NCBI GenBank assembly: GCA_035628835.1
Contig: DASPJA010000022.1
Span: 8,894-72,893, forward strand
Length of the DNA: 64,000 nt
Reading direction: 5' to 3'
Source: Allosphingosinicella sp.
GTDB lineage: Bacteria; Pseudomonadota; Alphaproteobacteria; Sphingomonadales; Sphingomonadaceae
Below, one piece after another: positions 1 through 8,386 of this stretch. Below the pieces are notes generated by a model, which saw only the letters and a list, made by a program, of their open reading frames with translations, had not been told where the DNA came from and made no database searches. The stretch's first letter is position 1; each line of letters begins with the position of its first letter. Made by a program: the position numbers and the translations under genes.

Positions 1-210
1 CTGCCGCTCCCTCTGCCGGACGGCGTCGCCCGCGCCGCACTGCTCGCGACCGGCGCCGCCTTCGTCGCCCGGGCGCTCCTCCCCAACCGCTATGTGTGCT
101 TCTTCAAGTCGCTTCGCGGCACGCGCTGGGCGCGCTTCGACACCCGCCTCTACAGCCCGCTCTTCCTGCTGCTCGGGCTGCTCATTCTCGCTCTGGCGCT
201 GGACCGGTGA
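1..210 (+). CDS. C-terminal part of a small membrane protein (DUF3995-like), truncated by window start
   Basis: Frame 1 open from base 1 to TGA 208-210: ...RYVCFFKSLRGTRWARFDTRLYSPLFLLLGLL. Confidence 0.6.
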   Translation: MPLPLPDGVARAALLATGAAFVARALLPNRYVCFFKSLRGTRWARFDTRLYSPLFLLLGLLILALALDR

Positions 211-211
211 G

Positions 212-538
212 ATGAGCCCGAAGCGAAACTGGCGGTCCGCCGGCTGCGCCGCGCTTCTCGGCGCCGCGATCGCGTTTCCGACAGGGGTCATGGTCGGCGG
301 CGGCGGCGGGGCTCCTCGCGAGAAAGCCCGGGAACCGAGCCGCCCACCCCCATCCCGCACCGCGCCGCGGACCACCCGCAACGTCTATTCGCCCAGGGTC
401 GCAACCGACCCTTATGTCATCGACCAGCAGCGGCGGGTGCTTGAGGTGCTGGAGGCGAGCTGCCGTCAGTCGAAGCGGCATTGCGCGGAAGCGGAACAGG
501 CCCGCCGCCGGATCGAGGAAGCCGAGTCGGCAAGATAG
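212..538 (+). CDS. Hypothetical exported protein
   Basis: ATG at 212, just after the upstream stop; N-terminal hydrophobic stretch; two C-terminal Cys. Confidence 0.55.
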   Translation: MSPKRNWRSAGCAALLGAAIAFPTGVMVGGGGGAPREKAREPSRPPPSRTAPRTTRNVYSPRVATDPYVIDQQRRVLEVLEASCRQSKRHCAEAEQARRRIEEAESAR

Positions 539-606
539 TCCGCGGGGCGGCCCGAAACGTCGTGGCCCGACTTGCCAGCCCGCCCGCGTCCCGGCATCGC
601 CTTGCC

Positions 607-1194
607 ATGCTGACCCCAGTCCCGCTTGGCCATATCGGCACCGTCGTCACCTATCTGGAGATGATCCGGCGCCCGCCGCTGCGCCCCCTGCCCGCCTCGC
701 CGCTGCGCCTCGAGCACTGGCGCGACCCCGAGCCGGCGCGGTACCGCCTGCTTTTCGAGCGGGTCGGCGCCCGCTGGCTGTGGTATTCGCGGCTGGTGAT
801 GGACGACGAGCGCCTGCGCGCGGAAATGGGCGAAATCCACGCGGTGGTCGATCCCGCCGGGATCGAAGTCGGCATGCTGGAGCTGGATTTCCGGACGGCG
901 GGCGAGTGCCTGATCCGCTTTCTCGGCCTCGTCCCCGAACTCGCCGGCAAGGGCCACGGCCGATGGCTGTTCGCGCAGGTGCTGGCGCTGGCGTGGCGGC
1001 CGGGCGTCGAGCGGGTCGCGGTCAACACCTGCACGCTCGACCATCCGGCCGCGCTGAAGGCCTATCTCAACGCGGGCTTCACCGCGGTGAAGCAGGCCTT
1101 CGAGAGCTTCGCGGATCCGCGCCTGAACGGGCTTCTGCCGGTCGATGCGGCGCCGCAAATCCCGCTTATTGGGCCGCCGTCTCAGAGCCCCTGA
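607..1194 (+). CDS. GNAT family N-acetyltransferase
   Basis: MLTPVP..VVTYLEM; acetyl-CoA motif GLVPELAGKGHGRWL; NTCTLDHPAAL..Y..AGF. Confidence 0.85.
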   Translation: MLTPVPLGHIGTVVTYLEMIRRPPLRPLPASPLRLEHWRDPEPARYRLLFERVGARWLWYSRLVMDDERLRAEMGEIHAVVDPAGIEVGMLELDFRTAGECLIRFLGLVPELAGKGHGRWLFAQVLALAWRPGVERVAVNTCTLDHPAALKAYLNAGFTAVKQAFESFADPRLNGLLPVDAAPQIPLIGPPSQSP

Positions 1195-1940
1195 TCGGGT
1201 GCCGCGGTCGGCGCCTTGGCGGCCGACGGGCTCCCGCTCAGCTGCCGGTAGATCGCGGCGTTGAGCACGAGCAGCAACGTCACCATCGCGGCGTTGCCCG
1301 CGGTCCTCACGATCAGGGTGAGCAGCTGGCCGATATCCTGGCCGGCGACGAGAACGAAGACGATTCCGAGCAGGGTCGAGGCGATTCCGACGACGATCGC
1401 GGTGGCGATCGCGATGATCAGGAGCAGGCCCAATATCGCCCAGCCATGGCCCCTGGTGAGCTCGAAGCAGCGCATGAGGGCCGCGATCGGGTTTCGCCTC
1501 GTCTCGGCGACCACCACGGAGTTGAGCGGCCCGAGCCGGCCGAGCAGATAGAGGCCGGGGACGATGAGCAGGACGAAGCCGATGCCGATCGCCGCGTTGC
1601 CGAGCAGCGACGCGGCGAAATAGGAAGGCAGCAGCGCCAGCGAGGCGGCGATCGCTCCGCCGACGCTGACGTCGCGGGCGAAAATGAGCAGCAATATGGC
1701 GATGGCGCCGATCATCCCGATCAGGCTGTTGAGCAGCAGCCAGTGCCAGTTGAGGTTCAGATATTCCCCCCAAAGCTCGCCTAGCTGATTCAAATCCTGC
1801 GGCTCGGGCTGCGGCAGGAAATAGGCGACCAGCAGGCCGGGCAGGAAGATGAACACGCCGGCGACGGTCGCGATCAGCGAGGAATGCGAGCGCAGCAGGC
1901 CCATGACGTCGGCCCAGACGGCGCTGTAGGAGAATTTCAT
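1182..1940 (-). CDS. Integral membrane protein (GPDPase membrane-domain-like)
   Basis: 252 aa, multiple TM segments, LLIVPGLYL..R motif. Confidence 0.7.
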   Translation of the reverse strand: MKFSYSAVWADVMGLLRSHSSLIATVAGVFIFLPGLLVAYFLPQPEPQDLNQLGELWGEYLNLNWHWLLLNSLIGMIGAIAILLLIFARDVSVGGAIAASLALLPSYFAASLLGNAAIGIGFVLLIVPGLYLLGRLGPLNSVVVAETRRNPIAALMRCFELTRGHGWAILGLLLIIAIATAIVVGIASTLLGIVFVLVAGQDIGQLLTLIVRTAGNAAMVTLLLVLNAAIYRQLSGSPSAAKAPTAAPDQGL

Positions 1941-2083
1941 GCTTTCTAGCCCCTTGTTCGTGGCGGCAGCATAGGGGCGGGGCCGCGCGGCCTCAAGCCG
2001 GGCCTGTCGCCGTTGCCGGCCTTCACTTTGACTCCGACGGCCCCGGCGGTCACTCTGCCCCTTCCACAGGGGAGGACCAAGCC

Positions 2084-2533
2084 ATGTTCAGTGACATTCT
2101 CGTGCCCGTCATCGCGCTCGTCGCCTGGACGCTTCTGATCATGGTCTGGATGGTCGTCAGCCGCTTCGCCGCGATGAAGCGCAAGGGCATTTCGCTCTCC
2201 GGACGGGTCGGCGGCCGGGGCGGCGCCCAGCTCGAAGGGGTGGTCGAGGACGAGGTGATGTGGAAAGCCCATAATTACATGCACCTGGTCGAGCAGCCGA
2301 CGCTGTTCTACGCGATCGCCCTGGCGCTGGCGGTAGGCCATGGCGGCGGCGGCATCAGCACGATCCTGGCCTGGGCCTATGTGGCGCTGCGGGTCGCGCA
2401 CAGCCTGGTGCAGACGACCGTCAACGTCATCACCTACCGCTTCATCCTGTGGGCATTGTCGTCGCTGGCGCTGATGGGGCTGACCGTCCAGGCGGCCAGG
2501 ATGGCCTATGCCTGGATTTCCTACGCCCCCTGA
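2084..2533 (+). CDS. MAPEG family membrane protein
   Basis: AHNY.HLVEQPTLFY and AWAYVALRVAHS motifs; GGAGG RBS. Confidence 0.85.
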   Translation: MFSDILVPVIALVAWTLLIMVWMVVSRFAAMKRKGISLSGRVGGRGGAQLEGVVEDEVMWKAHNYMHLVEQPTLFYAIALALAVGHGGGGISTILAWAYVALRVAHSLVQTTVNVITYRFILWALSSLALMGLTVQAARMAYAWISYAP

Positions 2534-3711
2534 CGGGAAAAGGCGCCGACCAGCTCGACATGGGTCGACCAGCGGAACTGGCCGACCGGCTGGATCCAGT
2601 CGAGGCGATAGCCCCCTTCGGTGAGCGCCGCCGCATCGCGCGCGAAGGTGGCGGGATTGCAGGAGACGTAGGCGATTCGCGGCACCGCCGAGCGGGCCAG
2701 CTCGGCGGCCTGCTCCCTGGCGCCGGCCCGGGGCGGATCGAGCACGACCGCTTCGAACCGGTTCAGCTCGGCCCGGTCGAGCGGCCGGCGGTAGAGATCG
2801 CGATGATCGACGAAGACCGGCCGCCGCGCCCGTCCCGCCGCCGCCTTCAAGGCGAGGGCCGCGTCGCGGGATCCTTCCGCCGCCAGGATTCGCCCCTCCA
2901 GCGCCAGGGCGAAGGTGCCGAGGCCGGCGAACAGGTCGGCGACCACCCGCGCTTCCCCCACCGCCCGCCGCACCGCCTCGACCAGGGCAGCCTCCCCGTC
3001 CGCCGTGGCCTGGAGGAAGGCGCCGTGGGGCAGCGCGACCGGAACGCCGCCGAGCGTGACGGTGACCGGCTCCGGCTCCCAGCGGGTCTGGGCGCCATAG
3101 CCGTCGTCGAGGGCCAGCCGGGCAAGGCGATGCTCGAGCGCGAAGCCGCCGAGCGCCTCGGCCTCGGCGAGGCCCTCCGCCTCGACCTTTTCGAGCAGCA
3201 GGTCGACGCCCTGATCCGCGAGGGTCAGGCGCACGCCGGCCGCCGCCGCGGGTTTCAGAATCCGAAGCAGCGCCCGCAGCGGCCGGACGAGCGCGAACAG
3301 CTCCGGCCGCAGGATGTGGCATTCGCGCATGTCGACGACGCGGTGGCTCCCCTCGGCGTTGAAGCCGAGCGCCCCGCCCCGCTCCGCCCGCAGCGAGGCG
3401 CGGCGGCGGCTGTTCGGCGGTGAGATATGGGCGGGCAGGATGTCGGGCGCCGGGATGCCCTGGGCAGCCAGCGCCGAGGCGATCCGGTCGCGAAGGAAGC
3501 CGGCATAAGCCTCGTCGTCGACATGCTGAAGCTGGCAGCCGCCGCATTCGGGGAAATGGCGGCAGGGCGGCGCCTGGCGGTGCGGGCCGGCCTCGACCAG
3601 ACCCTCCTCGGTCACCCGGTCGCCGGGGGCAGCCAGCGGATGATACCGGCCGCTCTCGCCGACTCCGTCGCCCCGGCTCGCGAGCCGGAGGATGAGGTCG
3701 GGCTCGCTCAC
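2521..3711 (-). CDS. rlmD: 23S rRNA m5U methyltransferase (RlmD/RumA family)
   Basis: CRHFPECGGCQLQH, DLFAGLGTF, LDPPRAG, YVSCNPATFARD; GTG start overlaps nnr stop. Confidence 0.85.
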   Translation of the reverse strand: MSEPDLILRLASRGDGVGESGRYHPLAAPGDRVTEEGLVEAGPHRQAPPCRHFPECGGCQLQHVDDEAYAGFLRDRIASALAAQGIPAPDILPAHISPPNSRRRASLRAERGGALGFNAEGSHRVVDMRECHILRPELFALVRPLRALLRILKPAAAAGVRLTLADQGVDLLLEKVEAEGLAEAEALGGFALEHRLARLALDDGYGAQTRWEPEPVTVTLGGVPVALPHGAFLQATADGEAALVEAVRRAVGEARVVADLFAGLGTFALALEGRILAAEGSRDAALALKAAAGRARRPVFVDHRDLYRRPLDRAELNRFEAVVLDPPRAGAREQAAELARSAVPRIAYVSCNPATFARDAAALTEGGYRLDWIQPVGQFRWSTHVELVGAFSRQGA

Positions 3712-5081
3712 AGGCACTCTGCGAAAGCGGAGGGGAGATGGACGACGAGATCGTCCGCGATCAGATCGGGCCCGGCCAGCTCCGCCGCTCGGCCGTGCAG
3801 CCAGACTCCGGCGCACGCCGCCTTGAAAGGCGCGAGGCCGGTAGCGCACAGGCCGGCGACGATCCCGGCCAGCACATCGCCCGTGCCGGCGCTCGCCAGC
3901 CAGGCCGGGGCGGTCCGCGAAATCGCCGCTCGGCCATCGCCGGCGGCCACGACCGTGTCCGCGCCCTTGCAGACGATCGTGCCCGCGGTGCCGCCGACCG
4001 CCGCGCGGGCCGTCTCGATCTTGCTTCCGCGAGCGGCGCGGAGCCGGGCCAGTTCACCGGCATGCGGAGTGAGGACGGTCGGAGCGTTCCTCGACCGGAA
4101 GCCGACCCGGTTGGCGATCAGCCACAGCGCGTCGCCGTCGACCACGACGGGGAGGGACGTCGACAGCACCCGGCTCAGCGTCTCGGCCGCTTCGGCCGTG
4201 CGACCGAGGCCGGGGCCGACCAGGACCGCGTTGATCCTTCGGTCGCCCAGCATCTCGTCCAGGGCGGCGGACGGCCGGCGGACGAGGGCATTGGGGATTC
4301 CTCCCCCCTCTCCGACCAAGGTCACGTATCCGGCTCCGGCGCGCGCGGCCGCGCTTGCCGCGAGCGCGGCCGCGCCGGGCATGGCGCCGCCGACGACGAG
4401 CAGATGGCCGCGCGTATATTTGTGATCGTCCGGTCCAGGTGCAGGCAGCACCGGCCTCTCGATCAGCCTCAAGCGGCTCTCTGCCTCCACGCCGATATCG
4501 GCGATCACCGCCCGTCCGATGTGACGGGCCGCGGGCTGGAGGAGGTGCGAGGGCTTCAGCGCGGCGAAGCTGATCGTGAGATCGAAATCGGGGACCGGCG
4601 AAAGGATCGCGCCGTCGTCGGTCGAGACTCCGCTCGGCAGGTCGACCGCCACCCGCACCCGAGCCGCCGAGGCAAGGGCGCACAGCTGCCGCGACAAGGC
4701 CTGATCGAGAGGCCTCGAAAGGCCGGTGCCGAAAAGCGAGTCGATCAGCAGCGGCTCGGGCGACGCGTCGGCGAGGGTCTCCACCGGCCCCTCCCAGGCG
4801 GCGCGCGCGGCCGCTGCGTCCGGCGTCCTCGGCTCCGCGAAGGCGGCCACCCGGACCTTCGACCCCCGTTCGGCGAGACGTCGCGCGATCACGTAGCCGT
4901 CCCCGCCATTGTTGCCCGGACCGCACAGGATGAGCGCCGGCACAGGCCCCGCGAAGCGCCAGATCGCCTCCGCGGCGGCGCCGCCTGCCCGCTCCATCAG
5001 CCGCGCCGCGGGGGTTCCGGCGGCGATCGCGGCCGCCTCGGCGGCGCGCATCTCCGCGGCGGTCAGGATGAAGCGGCTCAT
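3708..5081 (-). CDS. nnr: Bifunctional NAD(P)HX epimerase/dehydratase
   Basis: CGPGNNGGDG, DHKYTRG, LTPHAGE, AGTGDVLAG. Confidence 0.9.
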   Translation of the reverse strand: MSRFILTAAEMRAAEAAAIAAGTPAARLMERAGGAAAEAIWRFAGPVPALILCGPGNNGGDGYVIARRLAERGSKVRVAAFAEPRTPDAAAARAAWEGPVETLADASPEPLLIDSLFGTGLSRPLDQALSRQLCALASAARVRVAVDLPSGVSTDDGAILSPVPDFDLTISFAALKPSHLLQPAARHIGRAVIADIGVEAESRLRLIERPVLPAPGPDDHKYTRGHLLVVGGAMPGAAALAASAAARAGAGYVTLVGEGGGIPNALVRRPSAALDEMLGDRRINAVLVGPGLGRTAEAAETLSRVLSTSLPVVVDGDALWLIANRVGFRSRNAPTVLTPHAGELARLRAARGSKIETARAAVGGTAGTIVCKGADTVVAAGDGRAAISRTAPAWLASAGTGDVLAGIVAGLCATGLAPFKAACAGVWLHGRAAELAGPDLIADDLVVHLPSAFAECL

Positions 5082-5404
5082 CGCACCCGCGCCGGCAGGC
5101 GGTAGCGGTCGGAGCCGATGGACACCTCGATCAGATCGGGACCGATCACCTTCACATTGGCCGCCTCGGCGCCGTCCGCGGCCATCACGCCCAGGCCGTC
5201 CTGGGTCGCGACCAGCCGCCGGAAGCTGCCGCTCGGGCTTCGGATGGTGAGGAGGACGTCGCGGCCGGCGGCGCGCTCGACGGTGCAGACCCGCTCGAAG
5301 GCGGCCGCGCCGTCGACGGCGCACTCGATCCGCTCGCCCGCGGTCGCGGCGCGCTCCCCGCCGCAGGCGGCAAGGGGAAGGACGAATGCGGCGAAGCGCT
5401 TCAT
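5078..5404 (-). CDS. Hypothetical lipoprotein
   Basis: MKRFAAFVLPLAAC lipobox; stop overlaps nnr start (ATGA). Confidence 0.75.
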   Translation of the reverse strand: MKRFAAFVLPLAACGGERAATAGERIECAVDGAAAFERVCTVERAAGRDVLLTIRSPSGSFRRLVATQDGLGVMAADGAEAANVKVIGPDLIEVSIGSDRYRLPARVR

Positions 5405-5442
5405 GAGGTGGGTGTTTCCCTCATTGCCGCGGCCCGGGCAAG

Positions 5443-5643
5443 TCAGCGGCGCGGCCGCAGCGCCGCCAGCCGCTCGCGAAAATCGGCGGTGCCGAACAGG
5501 ACGAGCAGGCGCGCGCCGGACATCGCCGCCTCTGCGCACCGGTGAGCCAGAAGCGCCCAGTCGCCGGCAAGGATGGCGTTGCGGGTTTCGGGCAGGTTGA
5601 GGCCAAGGCGGGCGACGGGACCGTGGTGAGTCAGGTCGAACAT
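5443..5643 (-). pseudogene. Internally deleted enoyl-CoA hydratase/crotonase remnant (66 aa)
   Basis: Crotonase-like N-terminus (VARLGLNLPETRNAI..ARLLVL) fused directly to a C-terminal-type FGTADFRERLAA. Confidence 0.6.
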
Positions 5644-5680
5644 GGCTCGATGTGGCGGGGCGCGGCGGCTTTGTCGCCAC

Positions 5681-5719
5681 AAAAAAGAGCCGGCCGCCCG
5701 GTCGGAGGCGGCCGGCTCT
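5681..5719 (-). terminator. Rho-independent terminator
   Basis: 13-bp stem 5686-5698/5707-5719 followed by a U6 tract on the minus strand. Confidence 0.8.
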
Positions 5720-5810
5720 AGAGGAGCCATGGCGCCGGCTCCGTACGCGGCGGAGCGGGACCATGCGCGAATGTCCACCAAGCCCCCTCGGGCCCCGTTT
5801 CGACTCGTCG
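5681..5810 (-). ncRNA. Candidate sigma54-dependent small RNA
   Basis: Lies between a sigma54 promoter and a terminator; no ORF ends inside it. Confidence 0.55.
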
Positions 5811-5820
5811 TCCGTCCCGC

Positions 5821-5836
5821 AGCAAGGAGCGTGCCA
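5821..5836 (-). promoter_or_regulatory. Sigma54 (-24/-12) promoter
   Basis: TGGCAC-gctcc-TTGCT, exact consensus. Confidence 0.75.
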
Positions 5837-5903
5837 CAACGCAAAGCCGCGGGTTACGATGGTTAAGAGGGCGGAAGAGGCGTCCCGGCGCGGGACTCGC
5901 GGG

Positions 5904-6713
5904 TCACCTGAGGCGGCTGGCGAGCCGCCACCAATGCGGATGGCGGTGGGCGAACCGGCGGCTCGCGCGGTCACGATCCGCCTCCTCCGTGAACAGGGCG
6001 AAGCAGGTCGCGCCCGATCCCGACATGCGGATCATGGTTGCTGTGTCCAGGGCGGCGAGAGCTTCCAGCACCTCGCCTATTTCCGGTACCAGGCCCTTCG
6101 CCGGCGCCTCGAGATCGTTGCGCCCGATCCGCGGGTCGCCGAGCGGGCCCCGGTCGCGGCCGTCCCATCGTTCGAAGACGTCCCGCGTCGACAGCCTCAC
6201 GCCCGGATTGACCAGGAGCAAGGGCGCGCCGCCGAGGCCGTAATCGGTGAATTCGAGCCGGTCGCCCCGGCCTTCGCCGCGCGCGGTTCGCGAGTGGAAG
6301 CAGGCGAGCACGTCGGCGCCGAGCCCCCGCGCAAGTTCGGCCAGCGCCGCTTCGGGCAAGTCGGCGCGCCACCAGCGCCGCAGCAGCCGAAGCGCCGCGG
6401 CTGCGTCCGCGGAGCCGCCGCCGATGCCGGAGGCCACCGGCAGCCGCTTGTCGAGCGTCAAGGCGGCTCCCGCCCCGATTCCGCAGCGCTCGCGCAAGGC
6501 GTTAGCGGCCTTGAGGACGATATTGTCTTCGCCGGCGAGGCTGTCCGCGAAGGGCCCGGTGACTCCGAGGCTGATCCCCTCGCCCTCGACCACGCTGAGC
6601 ATGTCGCCATCCTGGGCGAACGCGAAGGCGGTCTCGATGCGGTGATAGCCGTCCGGCTCCCGCCCCCGCACGTGGAGAGCGAGGTTTAGCTTCGCATATG
6701 CGAACTCGTGCAT
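5904..6713 (-). CDS. ispE: 4-diphosphocytidyl-2-C-methyl-D-erythritol kinase
   Basis: AKLNLALHV, PVASGIGGGSADAAA, RMSGSGATCF. Confidence 0.95.
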   Translation of the reverse strand: MHEFAYAKLNLALHVRGREPDGYHRIETAFAFAQDGDMLSVVEGEGISLGVTGPFADSLAGEDNIVLKAANALRERCGIGAGAALTLDKRLPVASGIGGGSADAAAALRLLRRWWRADLPEAALAELARGLGADVLACFHSRTARGEGRGDRLEFTDYGLGGAPLLLVNPGVRLSTRDVFERWDGRDRGPLGDPRIGRNDLEAPAKGLVPEIGEVLEALAALDTATMIRMSGSGATCFALFTEEADRDRASRRFAHRHPHWWRLASRLR

Positions 6714-8386
6714 CAGGGGGCGGCGAGATCCGGCCGGAGCCCCGTGTCGATCTTGCGGCGCAGCCGGTCCGCGGCGGCGCCTTCGGCATAATGGAGCGCC
6801 GCGCGCCAGGCGTAACGCGCCTCGTAGCGGCGGCCGGCGCTGTAATAAGCATCGCCGAGATGCTCGGCGATCGCCGCGTCGGCCGGCTGCCCCTGCGCCG
6901 CCCGTTCGAGCAATTCGATCGCCTTGGGCACGTCGCCGCGGACATAATAGGCCCAGCCGAGCGAATCGGTGATCGCGGCATCGTCGGGCTGGAGGCGGTT
7001 GGCCTCGCCGATCAGCTTCTCGGCCTCGGCGAGATTCTCGCGCCGCTCCAGCTGCGAATAGCCGAGGAAGTTGAGCACCACCGGCTGGTCCGGGCCGAGC
7101 CGGCGCGCTTCCTCGAGCGCGGCCTTGCCGCCCTTCCAGTCGCCCGCCTGGGTCAGAGCGCTGCCGCGCAAGAGCCAGAGCGCCCAGAGCGGATGCTGGG
7201 CCTGGCCTCCGGCTTTGACCAGATCGAGCGCCTTTTCATAAGCGGTCGCGGCTTCGGCGTGGCGCTGGGTCTGGTTGAGGATGTCGCCGAGCCGGGTCCA
7301 GTTGTCGATCGCCGAGGGAGCGTCCGCCGCGGCCCGCCGGGCCTCGGCCAGAGCCTCGTCGGTGCGGTTCGCCTCGACCAGCACGGTCATCCGGCGGTCG
7401 GCCGCGGCGGCCGCGAAGACGTCGTCCCGCTGCACCTTGGCCAGCGCCGCCAGCGCCGCCTCGTGCCGGCCCTGCCCTGCCAGCAGATCCGCGGCGATCA
7501 GCCAGGACTCGGCGTTTTCAGGGGCGAGGAAGGTGGCCAGGCGGGCGAAGCTCAGCGCCAGCTGCGGCACTTCCTGGCCGTTCAGGTCGATCGCCATCCG
7601 GCCGAGCAGCTCCGCCATCCCGGCCGCGGGAGTGACGATCTCGCCGCCGAGGCGTTCGCCCGCCTCCAGCCGCCGCCGGGCCTCGGCGAGCGCCTCGGCC
7701 TCGCCCTGCACCACCGCCAGCGCTTCCTTGCGCCCCCTTTTGCGGGCGAGCATGGCGGCCGCGGCGATGCGCAGGCGCTGCGAGCGGATCGACTGATCCT
7801 CGAGCAAGGGCGCGAGCGCGAGCGCGCCCTCCTTCGCCTTGCCGCCGGCGAGGAGCAGCAGCGGCCGGTGCTCCGAGGCGTAGGTGGCGGCGAGCGCGTT
7901 TCCGGACGCGCCTTCGAGGAGGGTCAGGGGATTGCCCTTGCCGCTGCCGTGGGCGAGCCAGGCGCGAAGCAAGGGCGTCATGAACGAGAAGACCTCGTCC
8001 TGCTCGAGCCGCTCGATCTGCCGCCCCGCTTCCTTCCACTGCTTGGACCGGAAGGCTTCGCCGACCAGTAGCAGCCGACCGTCAGGAGCGAGCTTGCCGG
8101 CGGCGTCGAGCGTCCGGGCCGCCTGCAGCGCCAGCGTTCGATCGCCCGCCGCGATCGCCTGCGACAGAGCGCGGGCGGCGAGCACCTCGTTGCCCGGCGC
8201 CAGCGCCAGCGCCGCTCCGTAATTGCGGGCCGCCTGCTCGGCCGCGCCGGAGCTGTCCGCCGCCCGGGCCCGCACATAGGCGGCGAGCGCGGAAGTCTCC
8301 TCGACGCTCGCGCCGGCGGGGGTGGCGGGAAGCAGCAAAGCCGCGGAGAGCAGCCCGGAGGCCAGGAGCTTACATGTTGGGATAAT
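6713..8386 (-). CDS. Periplasmic TPR-repeat protein (start uncertain: ATT 8386, ATC 8383 or TTG 8338)
   Basis: TPR motifs VLNFLGYS, ITDSLGWAYY, EHLGDAY; signal-peptide-like N-terminus. Confidence 0.8.
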   Translation of the reverse strand: MIPTCKLLASGLLSAALLLPATPAGASVEETSALAAYVRARAADSSGAAEQAARNYGAALALAPGNEVLAARALSQAIAAGDRTLALQAARTLDAAGKLAPDGRLLLVGEAFRSKQWKEAGRQIERLEQDEVFSFMTPLLRAWLAHGSGKGNPLTLLEGASGNALAATYASEHRPLLLLAGGKAKEGALALAPLLEDQSIRSQRLRIAAAAMLARKRGRKEALAVVQGEAEALAEARRRLEAGERLGGEIVTPAAGMAELLGRMAIDLNGQEVPQLALSFARLATFLAPENAESWLIAADLLAGQGRHEAALAALAKVQRDDVFAAAAADRRMTVLVEANRTDEALAEARRAAADAPSAIDNWTRLGDILNQTQRHAEAATAYEKALDLVKAGGQAQHPLWALWLLRGSALTQAGDWKGGKAALEEARRLGPDQPVVLNFLGYSQLERRENLAEAEKLIGEANRLQPDDAAITDSLGWAYYVRGDVPKAIELLERAAQGQPADAAIAEHLGDAYYSAGRRYEARYAWRAALHYAEGAAADRLRRKIDTGLRPDLAAP

